The position numbers were made by a program, and so were the translations under genes. The notes below the pieces were generated by a model, which had not been told where the DNA came from, searched no databases, and saw only the letters and a program-made list of their open reading frames with translations. Of a DNA stretch of 64,000 nucleotides, positions 38,856 through 47,213 are shown piece by piece; position 1 is the stretch's first letter; each line of letters starts with the position of its first letter. The stretch is from the NCBI GenBank assembly GCA_041664225.1, contig JBAYLE010000002.1:3541-67540 (forward strand), given 5' to 3'. This DNA is from Parcubacteria group bacterium. Its GTDB lineage: Bacteria > Patescibacteriota > Minisyncoccia > Moranbacterales > UBA2206.

Positions 38856-40040
38856 ATGAAAATTGGAATCAACGCGTCGTTTGCCAGAAAGCCGGCAAGT
38901 GGCACCGGGCAGGTAACGATTAATTTTTTAAAAAAATTAATCGAGTTAGAAAGTCAAAAGTCAAAAGTCAAAAGTGACCTTGAGTTTATTTTGTATTTGG
39001 AAGAAGATCTGCCAAGAGATTTCAAATTGCCGAAAAATTTCACGAAACATATTTTCTTGCCGCCCTGGAAACGCGATGATTTGCTGCGGAAAATTTGGTG
39101 GGAAAAATATTTACTGCCAAGAAAAATCCGAAAGGATAATCTGGATGTCTTTTTCAGTTTGTATCAGTCGGCAACCATTTTGCCTAATAAACTGAAGCAT
39201 ATTATGCTAGTCCATGATATTATCCCTAAATTATTCCCAGAATATCTTAACAATTCTCGCAAGAAAAAATATTGGAGTTTGGTTGAGGAAGCTATCCGAA
39301 AAGCGGACGGGATCATTGCCAATTCTCGGCGCACCGAAAAAGATCTAATCCGACATCTAGGCATCAACCCGGCAAAAATTACCGTAAATTATTTGGACGT
39401 TGATGAAATATACAAGAAAAAAGTTTCGTCTGAGAAAAACAAAAAGGTTTTAAAAAAATATAAATTAAAGCCGGGATACATTTACAACGGCGGAGGATTG
39501 GAAGTTAGAAAAAATGCGGAGGGAGTTATTCGCGCGTATAAATATTTATTAGATAGAAATAAAATTTTGCATTCTATCCATGAAATGCCGCAACTTATAA
39601 TCTCTGGGAGATTGCTGCCGCAGCTCGCACCCCTTGTCGTTGACGTGGAAAAATTAATCAAAGAATTAAACCTCACCAAACACGTCAGAATTCTGGGGTT
39701 TGTGCCACAGGAAAATTTACCGGCTATTTATGCCAACGCTCTGATGTTTATTTATCCATCGCGCTATGAGGGCTTCGGCATCCCGCCTTTGGAAGCCATG
39801 AATCAAGGCACGCCCGTAATTATTGCCAAAACCTCATCTTTGCCAGAGGTGGGTAGTGATTCCGTGCTGTATTGCAACCCCGAAGATCACAAAGACATTG
39901 CTATGGTCATGAAAAATGTAATGCTTAATAAAAATCTGCGTGCTACACTTTCCGAAAGAGGTAAGGAGAGAGCTAAGATTTTTTCTTGGAAAAAGTTTAC
40001 GGAAAAGTTTTTGAATATCATCAATGAACGAAATTTTTAA
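38856..40040 (+). CDS. GT4-family glycosyltransferase
   Basis: The C-terminal YANALMFIYPSRYEGFGIPPLEAMNQGTPVI motif is present. It contains an in-frame (AAAAGTC)x3 repeat encoding SQKSKVKS. Confidence 0.85.
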   Translation: MKIGINASFARKPASGTGQVTINFLKKLIELESQKSKVKSDLEFILYLEEDLPRDFKLPKNFTKHIFLPPWKRDDLLRKIWWEKYLLPRKIRKDNLDVFFSLYQSATILPNKLKHIMLVHDIIPKLFPEYLNNSRKKKYWSLVEEAIRKADGIIANSRRTEKDLIRHLGINPAKITVNYLDVDEIYKKKVSSEKNKKVLKKYKLKPGYIYNGGGLEVRKNAEGVIRAYKYLLDRNKILHSIHEMPQLIISGRLLPQLAPLVVDVEKLIKELNLTKHVRILGFVPQENLPAIYANALMFIYPSRYEGFGIPPLEAMNQGTPVIIAKTSSLPEVGSDSVLYCNPEDHKDIAMVMKNVMLNKNLRATLSERGKERAKIFSWKKFTEKFLNIINERNF

Positions 40041-41607
40041 CCAGTTTAATAAACCCCGTTTTTATTTGCTCTTCGCCAACATTCTTTTGGTTTTCTTTTT
40101 GATTTTGCTTTCAAATCTGGGGATTTTGCCGATTAAAAAATCTGGAGATTTTATTTTTTTTGCACTTGTCTATTTAGCTTTTGCGCTTTATCGTCCGGGT
40201 TGGAGTTTTTTGTTTCTCATTGGAACCATCGCGCTGGAAAACATTAGTTTGGCGCCTCAGGAGATTGGAATTTCGGTCCGGCCATATCAATTCATCGGGG
40301 GACTGACTATTTTGGCCGTACTGATTAAGTTGGCCGTTGGCAGACTGGGTTTCAGGCTTCCAAAATTCAACCGCTTTGATTTATTATTTCTGATTTTTGC
40401 CTTGGCAGGTTTTATCAGCACGATTGGAGCACTGGACAAGGGTGCCGCCCTGAAACAATCCATTATTGCATCATCCTTTATAGTCTTATATTTTTTGGCC
40501 AGGATATTTATCCAAGAGATCGCCGATCTCAAAAGAATCACGCCCTTTTTTTTGAGTTCTTCCATAATCGTCGTATTTTATGGCCTCTGGCAGAATTTTA
40601 GATTTATCCAAGGCTCCAACCCATTCGAAGTTATGCCCGGCCGGCCGAACGCCACTTTCACGGAGCCGGATTGGCTCGGAATTTTTTTGGTGATATTATT
40701 GGCAATCTTTTATACCCTTATCTATGACCTGAGAAGTTTTAAAAATATCGACGACCGCGAGATCAAAATTAAAAATTATAAACTGATTTATCTGCACGCA
40801 TGCCTAGTTTTGATTTTTTCCTTGATCATTATTAGTGTCTCTCGTTCCGCTTGGCTGGGCGCGTTTATTGTGACTTTTGCTTATTTATTTATTATCTGGA
40901 CGAATTTGAAAATTCATCCCAAAGAATGGCAATGGAGATTCGCTTTTTGGAACAAAGTTGGGATCCTAAGTTCTTTGCTTGCCGCCATTGCGTTGGTTTA
41001 TATTTTTCACCTGACAAATTTTCAATTATTCAACCGCGCCCAAAGCACTGCGTCAGGACTCCAGAAAATTACAATTTCTTGTACGCAAAACATAAATCTC
41101 CCTGAAAAAATAAGCAATGTTTCTGAATTAGTCCCGTATGGATGCCGACACATCAATTTGGAAGAAATAGAAACGGAAAAAGGAAAAGGCAATTTTGTCG
41201 GCGAAATTTTCCGTGATGATCCTAACATCAATATCCGTGGACGAATTTACCAAAGGTCTTGGGAACAAATCAAAACGCATCTGATCTTAGGAATCGGATG
41301 GGGCAACATTGGAAAAATTTTAGGAATTGACGAAGCCGGAAACAGTCTGAATTCCAGCAACATTTTTTTGGAAGTTTGGCTGGGCACGGGCTTGCTGGGG
41401 ATAATTACATTTGCCTTGATTTGGATTTGGACTATAATCAAATCAATCAGGCTGTTCGTTTTTGAAAATAATTCCGGGGGAAAGCTCTTGGGATTGTTTT
41501 TGTTTTTAGGAAGCATTGCGCTTCTGGTTCCCAATCTATTCAACGCGGGAATATTTCTAGGCGCAATGTGGTTGTTCTTTGGTTTTATGAATATCGGAAA
41601 AAAATAA
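40024..41607 (+). CDS. O-antigen ligase / O-antigen polymerase-like (Wzy_C domain) membrane protein
   Basis: It has about 12 TM helices. ...IISVSRSAWLGAFIV sits in the large periplasmic loop region characteristic of Wzy_C/WaaL proteins. Confidence 0.65.
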   Translation: MNEIFNQFNKPRFYLLFANILLVFFLILLSNLGILPIKKSGDFIFFALVYLAFALYRPGWSFLFLIGTIALENISLAPQEIGISVRPYQFIGGLTILAVLIKLAVGRLGFRLPKFNRFDLLFLIFALAGFISTIGALDKGAALKQSIIASSFIVLYFLARIFIQEIADLKRITPFFLSSSIIVVFYGLWQNFRFIQGSNPFEVMPGRPNATFTEPDWLGIFLVILLAIFYTLIYDLRSFKNIDDREIKIKNYKLIYLHACLVLIFSLIIISVSRSAWLGAFIVTFAYLFIIWTNLKIHPKEWQWRFAFWNKVGILSSLLAAIALVYIFHLTNFQLFNRAQSTASGLQKITISCTQNINLPEKISNVSELVPYGCRHINLEEIETEKGKGNFVGEIFRDDPNINIRGRIYQRSWEQIKTHLILGIGWGNIGKILGIDEAGNSLNSSNIFLEVWLGTGLLGIITFALIWIWTIIKSIRLFVFENNSGGKLLGLFLFLGSIALLVPNLFNAGIFLGAMWLFFGFMNIGKK

Positions 41608-41626
41608 AGAAAAAGGAGAGAAAGAC

Positions 41627-41872
41627 ATGTCATGTCAAGGAGAAAAACACAAAAGTTGTCTTATCTGCGCATTAGGTAAAGGCATAACCGGATCGGAAGC
41701 AGCTTCTCTAATCGAACAAGAAATCGGACCAGCTCTCGCAAAAAAAGCGGGCGTGACAGAAGAAACTGGACGCGCGTCTTTCTTCAGCTCATTGAAGTCA
41801 AGCGGATCCACGCTTCAACACAACCTGAGTAAGATTGAGGGACTGGTTTGCTTTATCCCTCCCCACTGGTAA
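41627..41872 (+). CDS. Small Cys-containing hypothetical protein (81 aa) with its own RBS and terminator
   Basis: An SD (AAAAGGAGAG) precedes it. The sequence is MSCQGEKHKSCLIC... (C3, C11, C14, C74) with a Ser/Thr-rich C-terminal half. Its GC content is higher than its neighbours. Confidence 0.5.
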   Translation: MSCQGEKHKSCLICALGKGITGSEAASLIEQEIGPALAKKAGVTEETGRASFFSSLKSSGSTLQHNLSKIEGLVCFIPPHW

Positions 41873-41909
41873 AAAATAACCAGGAAGGGAAGCGTGATAC
41901 ATTTCTCAA

Positions 41910-41940
41910 GCGGGAGCCTTCGGACTCCCTCTTTTTTTAT
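41910..41940 (+). terminator. Rho-independent terminator (UUCG-type loop)
   Basis: GGGAG-CCTTCGGA-CTCCC followed by TCTTTTTTTATT. Confidence 0.7.
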
Positions 41941-41964
41941 TCTTTTTTATGCTATTATAGATTT

Positions 41965-43149
41965 ATGAAAATCGGCATTGATATCAGAAATATAGGCAAA
42001 CATAGAACTGGCGATGAAGTGGTCTTTTTTAATTTAACTAAAAGCTTAGCTGACCTGGATCGCCAGAATAATTATTTTTTATGCACCGATATAACCGACC
42101 CGATCGTATTAGCTGATATAGCAGACCGATTAGGACTTCAAGACAAGCCTAATTTTGAAATTGTTTCCTTAAAAACCAAAAATAGATACACTTGGAATTT
42201 CTGGGCGCTGCCGCGTTATCTCCGCCAAAATCCAGTAGACATTTACCTGACTCAATATATCACGCCTTTTTTTGTGCCGAAGAAAATCAAAATTGCCACC
42301 GTTGTGCATGATGTGTCATTCAAGGTTTACCGTAAATTTATAAGATTCTCTGATTTATTTTTTTTGGATATTTTGATCCCGCTATCTTTCAAACGAGCTG
42401 ACAAAATCATCGGGGTTTCAAAATTCACTGCTGACGAAATCATCAAGTACTACAAAACAGCTCCCGAAAAAGTCAGTTGGATCCATAACGCAGTCGGTGA
42501 CAATTTCAAAGAAGCTGTATCTCCACAAGAAATTGATGCAGTTAGAAAAAAATATAATTTACCGGAAAAATTTATTTTGTATATCGGCACACTGCAACCG
42601 CGAAAAAATCTACCCGCACTGATTACGGCCTATTCCACCCTTGCCGAAGATACCCGCGCTAAAATCAAGCTGGTATTGGCAGGCGGCAAGGGGCATAATT
42701 ATGATCCCGGGATCGAAAAGTCCATCGCAGAATACTCTTTAGAAAAGGATGTATTTTTGCCGGGATTTATTGACGAAAAGGACAAGCCGGCGATTTTTAT
42801 GGCTTGTCATGTCTTCTGTAATCCCTCTTTTTATGAGGGTTTTGGTATAACCATTCTAGAGGCCATGACACTGGGAATTCCTGTTTTAGCCTCAATGATT
42901 CCGCCCCATCAAGAAGTTGCCGAAAATAGCGTTTCATATTTTAATCCGGAAGATACGGAGGAATTAACAAGATTGCTCGCCTCTGTCATCGCCGATGAAA
43001 ATTTGCGAAATGAACTGGCACACAAAGAGTTGATTCAGACCAAAAAATTTTCTTGGGAAACGACCTCGCAAAAATTGCTTGAGCTGTTCAACAATTTGAA
43101 TAATCCCGAAAAAAAACGAGCATTTTTTGGCCATAATCAGAGCGATTGA
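41965..43149 (+). CDS. GT4-family glycosyltransferase
   Basis: The likely start is MKIGIDIRNIGKH, and the ORF-track start at 41848 is an upstream extension through the terminator. The C-terminal EGFGITILEAMTLGIPVLAS motif is present. Confidence 0.85.
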   Translation: MKIGIDIRNIGKHRTGDEVVFFNLTKSLADLDRQNNYFLCTDITDPIVLADIADRLGLQDKPNFEIVSLKTKNRYTWNFWALPRYLRQNPVDIYLTQYITPFFVPKKIKIATVVHDVSFKVYRKFIRFSDLFFLDILIPLSFKRADKIIGVSKFTADEIIKYYKTAPEKVSWIHNAVGDNFKEAVSPQEIDAVRKKYNLPEKFILYIGTLQPRKNLPALITAYSTLAEDTRAKIKLVLAGGKGHNYDPGIEKSIAEYSLEKDVFLPGFIDEKDKPAIFMACHVFCNPSFYEGFGITILEAMTLGIPVLASMIPPHQEVAENSVSYFNPEDTEELTRLLASVIADENLRNELAHKELIQTKKFSWETTSQKLLELFNNLNNPEKKRAFFGHNQSD

Positions 43150-43240
43150 CAATCGGCATAAATAGGATAAAATATATACTATGTTGTTGAAATAGGAAAT
43201 TTTCACAATTTTTAACTCATTAATTACGATCAAAAAGAAC

Positions 43241-44455
43241 ATGGCTTATTTAAGAAGTAACGCAAACCCCGCTCAAAACAGTCAAACGACTGGCAAGACT
43301 AAATCAAAATTTTATACAAAAAAGTGGTTTAAAATAATATTAGTTGTTGTTATTTTATTTGTTTTGGTGGGCGGGACTTTCGCCTGGAAAGCGGGTAATA
43401 TTCTGAGCAAAATTTCCAATGGCAGCCTGATAAACAGCTTGGCGCATTCTTTGCCGGGCACAAATGACCAATTGAAGGGCGAGGCAGATGGTCGGATAAA
43501 TATTTTGCTCTTGGGCATGCGTGGAGCAAATTTACCGGGCGGAGGAACTTTGGCTGATACGATAATGGTAGCCAGCATCGCGCCCAAGGAAAATAAAATT
43601 GCTATGATTTCAATTCCGCGCGACCTTTATGTCACTACTCCGGGCACGGAAAGCAAAAACAAGATAAACGCAGTACACGCCTACGGCGAACAGAAGGGCG
43701 CCGGGCAAGGAATCGGGGATATGAAGACCATTGTCGATCAAGTTATCGGACTGCCGATTCATTACGCGGTCAGTATTGACTTCGCCGGCTTCAAACAATT
43801 GGTAGACGCGATTGGCGGAGTTGACATAACTCTCGCTGGCCCCTTTAATGAATCTGTCCAATTTAATGAACCTCATGTTTGCGACTCATTCTTTACCCAG
43901 CCGACCGGGAAATTTGAATATAAATATCACAGTTATTCAACCAGCCGCAAAATTGTTGCCCAATATCCCTTATGCACGGCACCAGCCAACGCTTTGGAAT
44001 GTGGCGGAAATTTTAACTTGCCAGCTGGGAAACAAACGCTCAGTGGCGAGCAAGCCTTGTGTTACGCCAGATCAAGGGCCACCTCCAGTGATTTTGAACG
44101 CGCCAAGAGACAACAGCAAATCATCCAATTGGTCAAAGCGAAGCTTTTAAGCGCCGGGACACTGACTGATTTTGGAAAGTTGAATGGGATTTTAAATAGT
44201 CTTGGTAATAATGTCAGAACCGACATGCAGCCTTGGGAAATGAAAAAACTTTACGATTTATACATAAGCATGCAAGACCCGCAAACCTACCAAAGAGTGC
44301 TGGAAAATTCCGAGGAGGGCTTGCTCTATACCCCCGTAGAAACTAAAGAAACCGGGTATATTTTGCTTCCGCGCGGGGACAATTACGACCAGATTCATAA
44401 CGTCGCACAGAACATCTTTACTATTGCGCCTCAGTCAGATATAGCTCCAAAATAA
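43241..44455 (+). CDS. LytR-CpsA-Psr (LCP) family cell-wall glycopolymer phosphotransferase
   Basis: It has an N-terminal TM helix. The LCP core is INILLLGMRGANLPGGGTLADTIMVASI...ISIPRDLYV. Confidence 0.85.
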   Translation: MAYLRSNANPAQNSQTTGKTKSKFYTKKWFKIILVVVILFVLVGGTFAWKAGNILSKISNGSLINSLAHSLPGTNDQLKGEADGRINILLLGMRGANLPGGGTLADTIMVASIAPKENKIAMISIPRDLYVTTPGTESKNKINAVHAYGEQKGAGQGIGDMKTIVDQVIGLPIHYAVSIDFAGFKQLVDAIGGVDITLAGPFNESVQFNEPHVCDSFFTQPTGKFEYKYHSYSTSRKIVAQYPLCTAPANALECGGNFNLPAGKQTLSGEQALCYARSRATSSDFERAKRQQQIIQLVKAKLLSAGTLTDFGKLNGILNSLGNNVRTDMQPWEMKKLYDLYISMQDPQTYQRVLENSEEGLLYTPVETKETGYILLPRGDNYDQIHNVAQNIFTIAPQSDIAPK

Positions 44456-44485
44456 TTACGCTACCAGACCTCGGACTTTAAAAAA

Positions 44486-44518
44486 TGCGGCATGATCTTT
44501 CGATGGTCATGCCGCATA
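44486..44518 (+). terminator. Perfect 11-bp inverted repeat hairpin between LCP and GT2 genes (terminator/attenuator-like)
   Basis: ATGCGGCATGA-tctttcgatgg-TCATGCCGCAT followed by a weak U-tract (ATTATTAAAA). Confidence 0.4.
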
Positions 44519-44529
44519 TTATTAAAACA

Positions 44530-45339
44530 ATGGAACTTTCAATAATCATTACGAGTTATAAAAATCCAGAGTTGCTTCAAGTCTGCATCGACTCAATCAA
44601 AAAAAATTACGCCAGTGATGACTGCGAAATAATTGTAGCCGACAGCGCGACCGAGGAAAAAACCGAAATAATGATGCGGGAGGATTATCCGGGAATAAAA
44701 TTCATTGCCTCAAGAAAAAATATTGGTTTCAGCGGCACGGTTAATAATGGATTTGCGGTTGCGCGGGGGAGATATCTGCTAATTTTGAACGGCGATATAA
44801 TTGTTAAAAAAGATGCGATCAAAAAACTTCTGGATTATATCAGCAATCATCCCGATGTTGGAATTGTCAGTCCGCAGCTTCTAAATTTTAATGAGACATT
44901 CCAACCATCAACATTTCGTTTTTATACGCCGCTCACGATTGTTTTTCGCCGGACTTTCCTTGGAAAATTTTCTTTTGCCAAGAAGCATCTGGATAGGTTC
45001 TTGATGAAAGACTTTGATCATAAAAGCATCCGTAATGTTGATTGGGTGATGGGTTCATCGCTTATGACAAGCCGGCAGGCCGTTGAAAAGGTTGGCGTGA
45101 TGGACCACCAATTCAAGTTATACTTTGAGGATACCGATTGGTGCCGCAGATTTTGGGAAAAAGGATATAGGGTGGTATACTTTCCGGAGGCGCAAATGTA
45201 CCATTATCATGGCCGGGGATCGGCCAGCGGAAGCGTTTTCCGAGCCTTGATCTCGAATAAGCTGACTTGGATGCATATCGCCAGCGCGATAAAATATTTT
45301 ATAAAATACGCCGGCAAACCCTTGCCTGAACATAATTAA
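44530..45339 (+). CDS. GT2-family (GT-A) glycosyltransferase
   Basis: Start at MELSIIITSYKNPELL. ...IVADSATEE...NGDIIV is a DxD motif. The ORF-track 44485 start runs through the hairpin. Confidence 0.8.
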   Translation: MELSIIITSYKNPELLQVCIDSIKKNYASDDCEIIVADSATEEKTEIMMREDYPGIKFIASRKNIGFSGTVNNGFAVARGRYLLILNGDIIVKKDAIKKLLDYISNHPDVGIVSPQLLNFNETFQPSTFRFYTPLTIVFRRTFLGKFSFAKKHLDRFLMKDFDHKSIRNVDWVMGSSLMTSRQAVEKVGVMDHQFKLYFEDTDWCRRFWEKGYRVVYFPEAQMYHYHGRGSASGSVFRALISNKLTWMHIASAIKYFIKYAGKPLPEHN

Positions 45340-45357
45340 TTCAACTACGCTTATCTT

Positions 45358-46635
45358 ATGGAAGAAACCAATATCCCAGCAAGTGAAATCAATTTGGATA
45401 AGAACAAAAGATTATTCCACCGATATCTAGCTTTTTTTGCTGTTGCTTTTTTAGTCATTGGCAGTTTTTGGCTCGGCTACGCAAGAGGCAAACAGGCGGA
45501 GCGTTTAGCTGACAAAAGTGTCCCACTCACACAATCAATTGTTGAAAACAAAAACCCGACCGATAGCCAAATCGTAGATTTTTCTTTGTTTTGGAAAGTT
45601 TGGGACTTACTGAAAGAAAAATACGTGAACAATAAAACCTTAGACGCGCAAAAAATGTTGTATGGCGCGATTGATGGCATGCTTAAATCGACAGACGATC
45701 CATACACAACATTTTTTGATCCAAAAGCCACCACCTCCTTCTCTCAGGACTTAGAAGGCAGTTTTGACGGCATCGGCGCCGAGTTGGGCATCAAGGATAG
45801 CATCCTCACCATCATTGCTCCATTAGAAGATTCTCCAGCCGCCAAATCAGGCTTGCGCGCTGGCGACAAAATAATCAAAATTGACGGAAAATCTTCTGCT
45901 GATGTGACCATTGACGGCGCTGTCGATCTCATCCGCGGCAAAAAGGGAACGACTGTTGTTTTGACTGTTCTGCATTCCGACGACCAGGAGACTAAAGATA
46001 TCACGGTTACGCGCGATACTATCACGGTCAAGAGCGTGAAATTAGAATTTAAGGACAACAATATTGCTCACTTGAAAATAACTAAATTCGGCGACACAAC
46101 TGATAAAGAATTCGACACGGCGATGAATCAAATAATCGCCAATGGTTCACGAGGAATTATTTTGGATTTACGCAATGATCCGGGCGGTTATCTGGACAAA
46201 GCGGTGGATGTCGCCAGCCGTATGATTCCTAAGGGCAAGGCTGTTGTGCTAGAAGAAGATAATACTGGAAAACGGGAAACATTGAATACCTTGGGCGGAG
46301 ACAAATTATCCGGCATTCCGACTGTCGTACTCATTAATGAAGGCAGTGCCAGTGCGTCAGAAATTTTGGCTGGAGCGCTCCGCGATAACCGCGCTGTCCA
46401 ACTCATCGGCAAAAAATCTTTCGGCAAGGGATCCGTGCAGGAACTTATCAATCTTCCGCAAGACACCAGCGTTAAAATTACCGTTGCCAAATGGCTCACG
46501 CCCAACGGAGACTATATTATGGAAAAAGGCATCAATCCTGACATTGAGGTTGAGCTGACTTTGGACGACTATGACAACAACCGCGACCCGCAACTGGACA
46601 AGGCGATGGAAGTGATGCAAGAGATAATTAAATAA
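45358..46635 (+). CDS. ctpA: Carboxyl-terminal processing protease (S41 family, PDZ domain)
   Basis: The PDZ region is GLRAGDKIIKIDG. The S41 catalytic region is LINEGSASASEILAGAL...KGSVQ. Confidence 0.9.
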   Translation: MEETNIPASEINLDKNKRLFHRYLAFFAVAFLVIGSFWLGYARGKQAERLADKSVPLTQSIVENKNPTDSQIVDFSLFWKVWDLLKEKYVNNKTLDAQKMLYGAIDGMLKSTDDPYTTFFDPKATTSFSQDLEGSFDGIGAELGIKDSILTIIAPLEDSPAAKSGLRAGDKIIKIDGKSSADVTIDGAVDLIRGKKGTTVVLTVLHSDDQETKDITVTRDTITVKSVKLEFKDNNIAHLKITKFGDTTDKEFDTAMNQIIANGSRGIILDLRNDPGGYLDKAVDVASRMIPKGKAVVLEEDNTGKRETLNTLGGDKLSGIPTVVLINEGSASASEILAGALRDNRAVQLIGKKSFGKGSVQELINLPQDTSVKITVAKWLTPNGDYIMEKGINPDIEVELTLDDYDNNRDPQLDKAMEVMQEIIK

Positions 46636-46645
46636 TCTGCAAAAT

Positions 46646-46674
46646 TTGTCATTTCTGTTTTCTTTTATTATAAT
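46646..46674 (+). promoter_or_regulatory. Near-consensus promoter for rplI
   Basis: TTGTCA, a 17-nt spacer, then TATAAT, 7 nt before the ATG region. Confidence 0.5.
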
Positions 46675-46680
46675 AGAGTT

Positions 46681-47124
46681 ATGAGAGTAATTTTACTTCA
46701 AGATGTAAATAATATCGGCAAGCAGGGAGACATCAAGGACGTATCTGACGGATACGCCAGGAATTTTTTGTTGCCCAAAAAATTGGCTGAAATTGCCACA
46801 CCTGAAACCATGAGAAAAGCTGAAATCATGAAGGCTAAGCAGGCTGAAGTTCAGCAAGCTGATTTGCAAAAAATTCAAGCCCTGGCCGAATCTCTGCAGG
46901 GACGCGAGGTTGTCATCCAAGCCAAAGAAAAAGACGGAAAACTTTTTGGATCAATCAATGCCAAGGCCATCGCCAAGGAAATGAAAAAAGATAATTTGGA
47001 TATTAATGACAAATCCATTATTCTTCCGGAACCCATCAAGGAAATAGGCGAGTACGAAGTAAAAATAAGCCTGGATCACGGCATTGAAGCTTCGCTTCTG
47101 GTTATTGTGGAAAGCGCCAGTTGA
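46681..47124 (+). CDS. rplI: 50S ribosomal protein L9
   Basis: MRVILLQDVNNIGKQGDIKDVSDGYARNFLLPKKLA is the canonical L9 N-domain. Confidence 0.9.
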   Translation: MRVILLQDVNNIGKQGDIKDVSDGYARNFLLPKKLAEIATPETMRKAEIMKAKQAEVQQADLQKIQALAESLQGREVVIQAKEKDGKLFGSINAKAIAKEMKKDNLDINDKSIILPEPIKEIGEYEVKISLDHGIEASLLVIVESAS

Positions 47125-47213
47125 TAACATTTTGAAAGTAGTGTAAAATTAAAAAAACAAAAGTCGCAGGGGAGGCGGCTTTTTCTCTTGAAAATAATTT
47201 TATTTTTTAAAAT

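Noticed and set aside
38951-38975. CRISPR array interpretation of the short tandem repeats
   Set aside because: The units are 7-14 nt and directly abutting with no spacers. There are only 2-4 copies. They lie inside coding sequences and have no cas genes nearby. They are microsatellites, not CRISPR repeats.
41848-41964. ORF-track N-terminal extension of the GT4 gene (start at 41848)
   Set aside because: The extension reads through the terminator hairpin of the upstream small gene and is out of character. The ATG at 41965 (MKIGIDIRN) matches typical GT4 N-termini.
44485-44529. ORF-track N-terminal extension of the GT2 gene
   Set aside because: The extra 15 codons are encoded by the 11-bp perfect inverted repeat. 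MELSIIITSYKN at 44530 is the canonical GT2 start.
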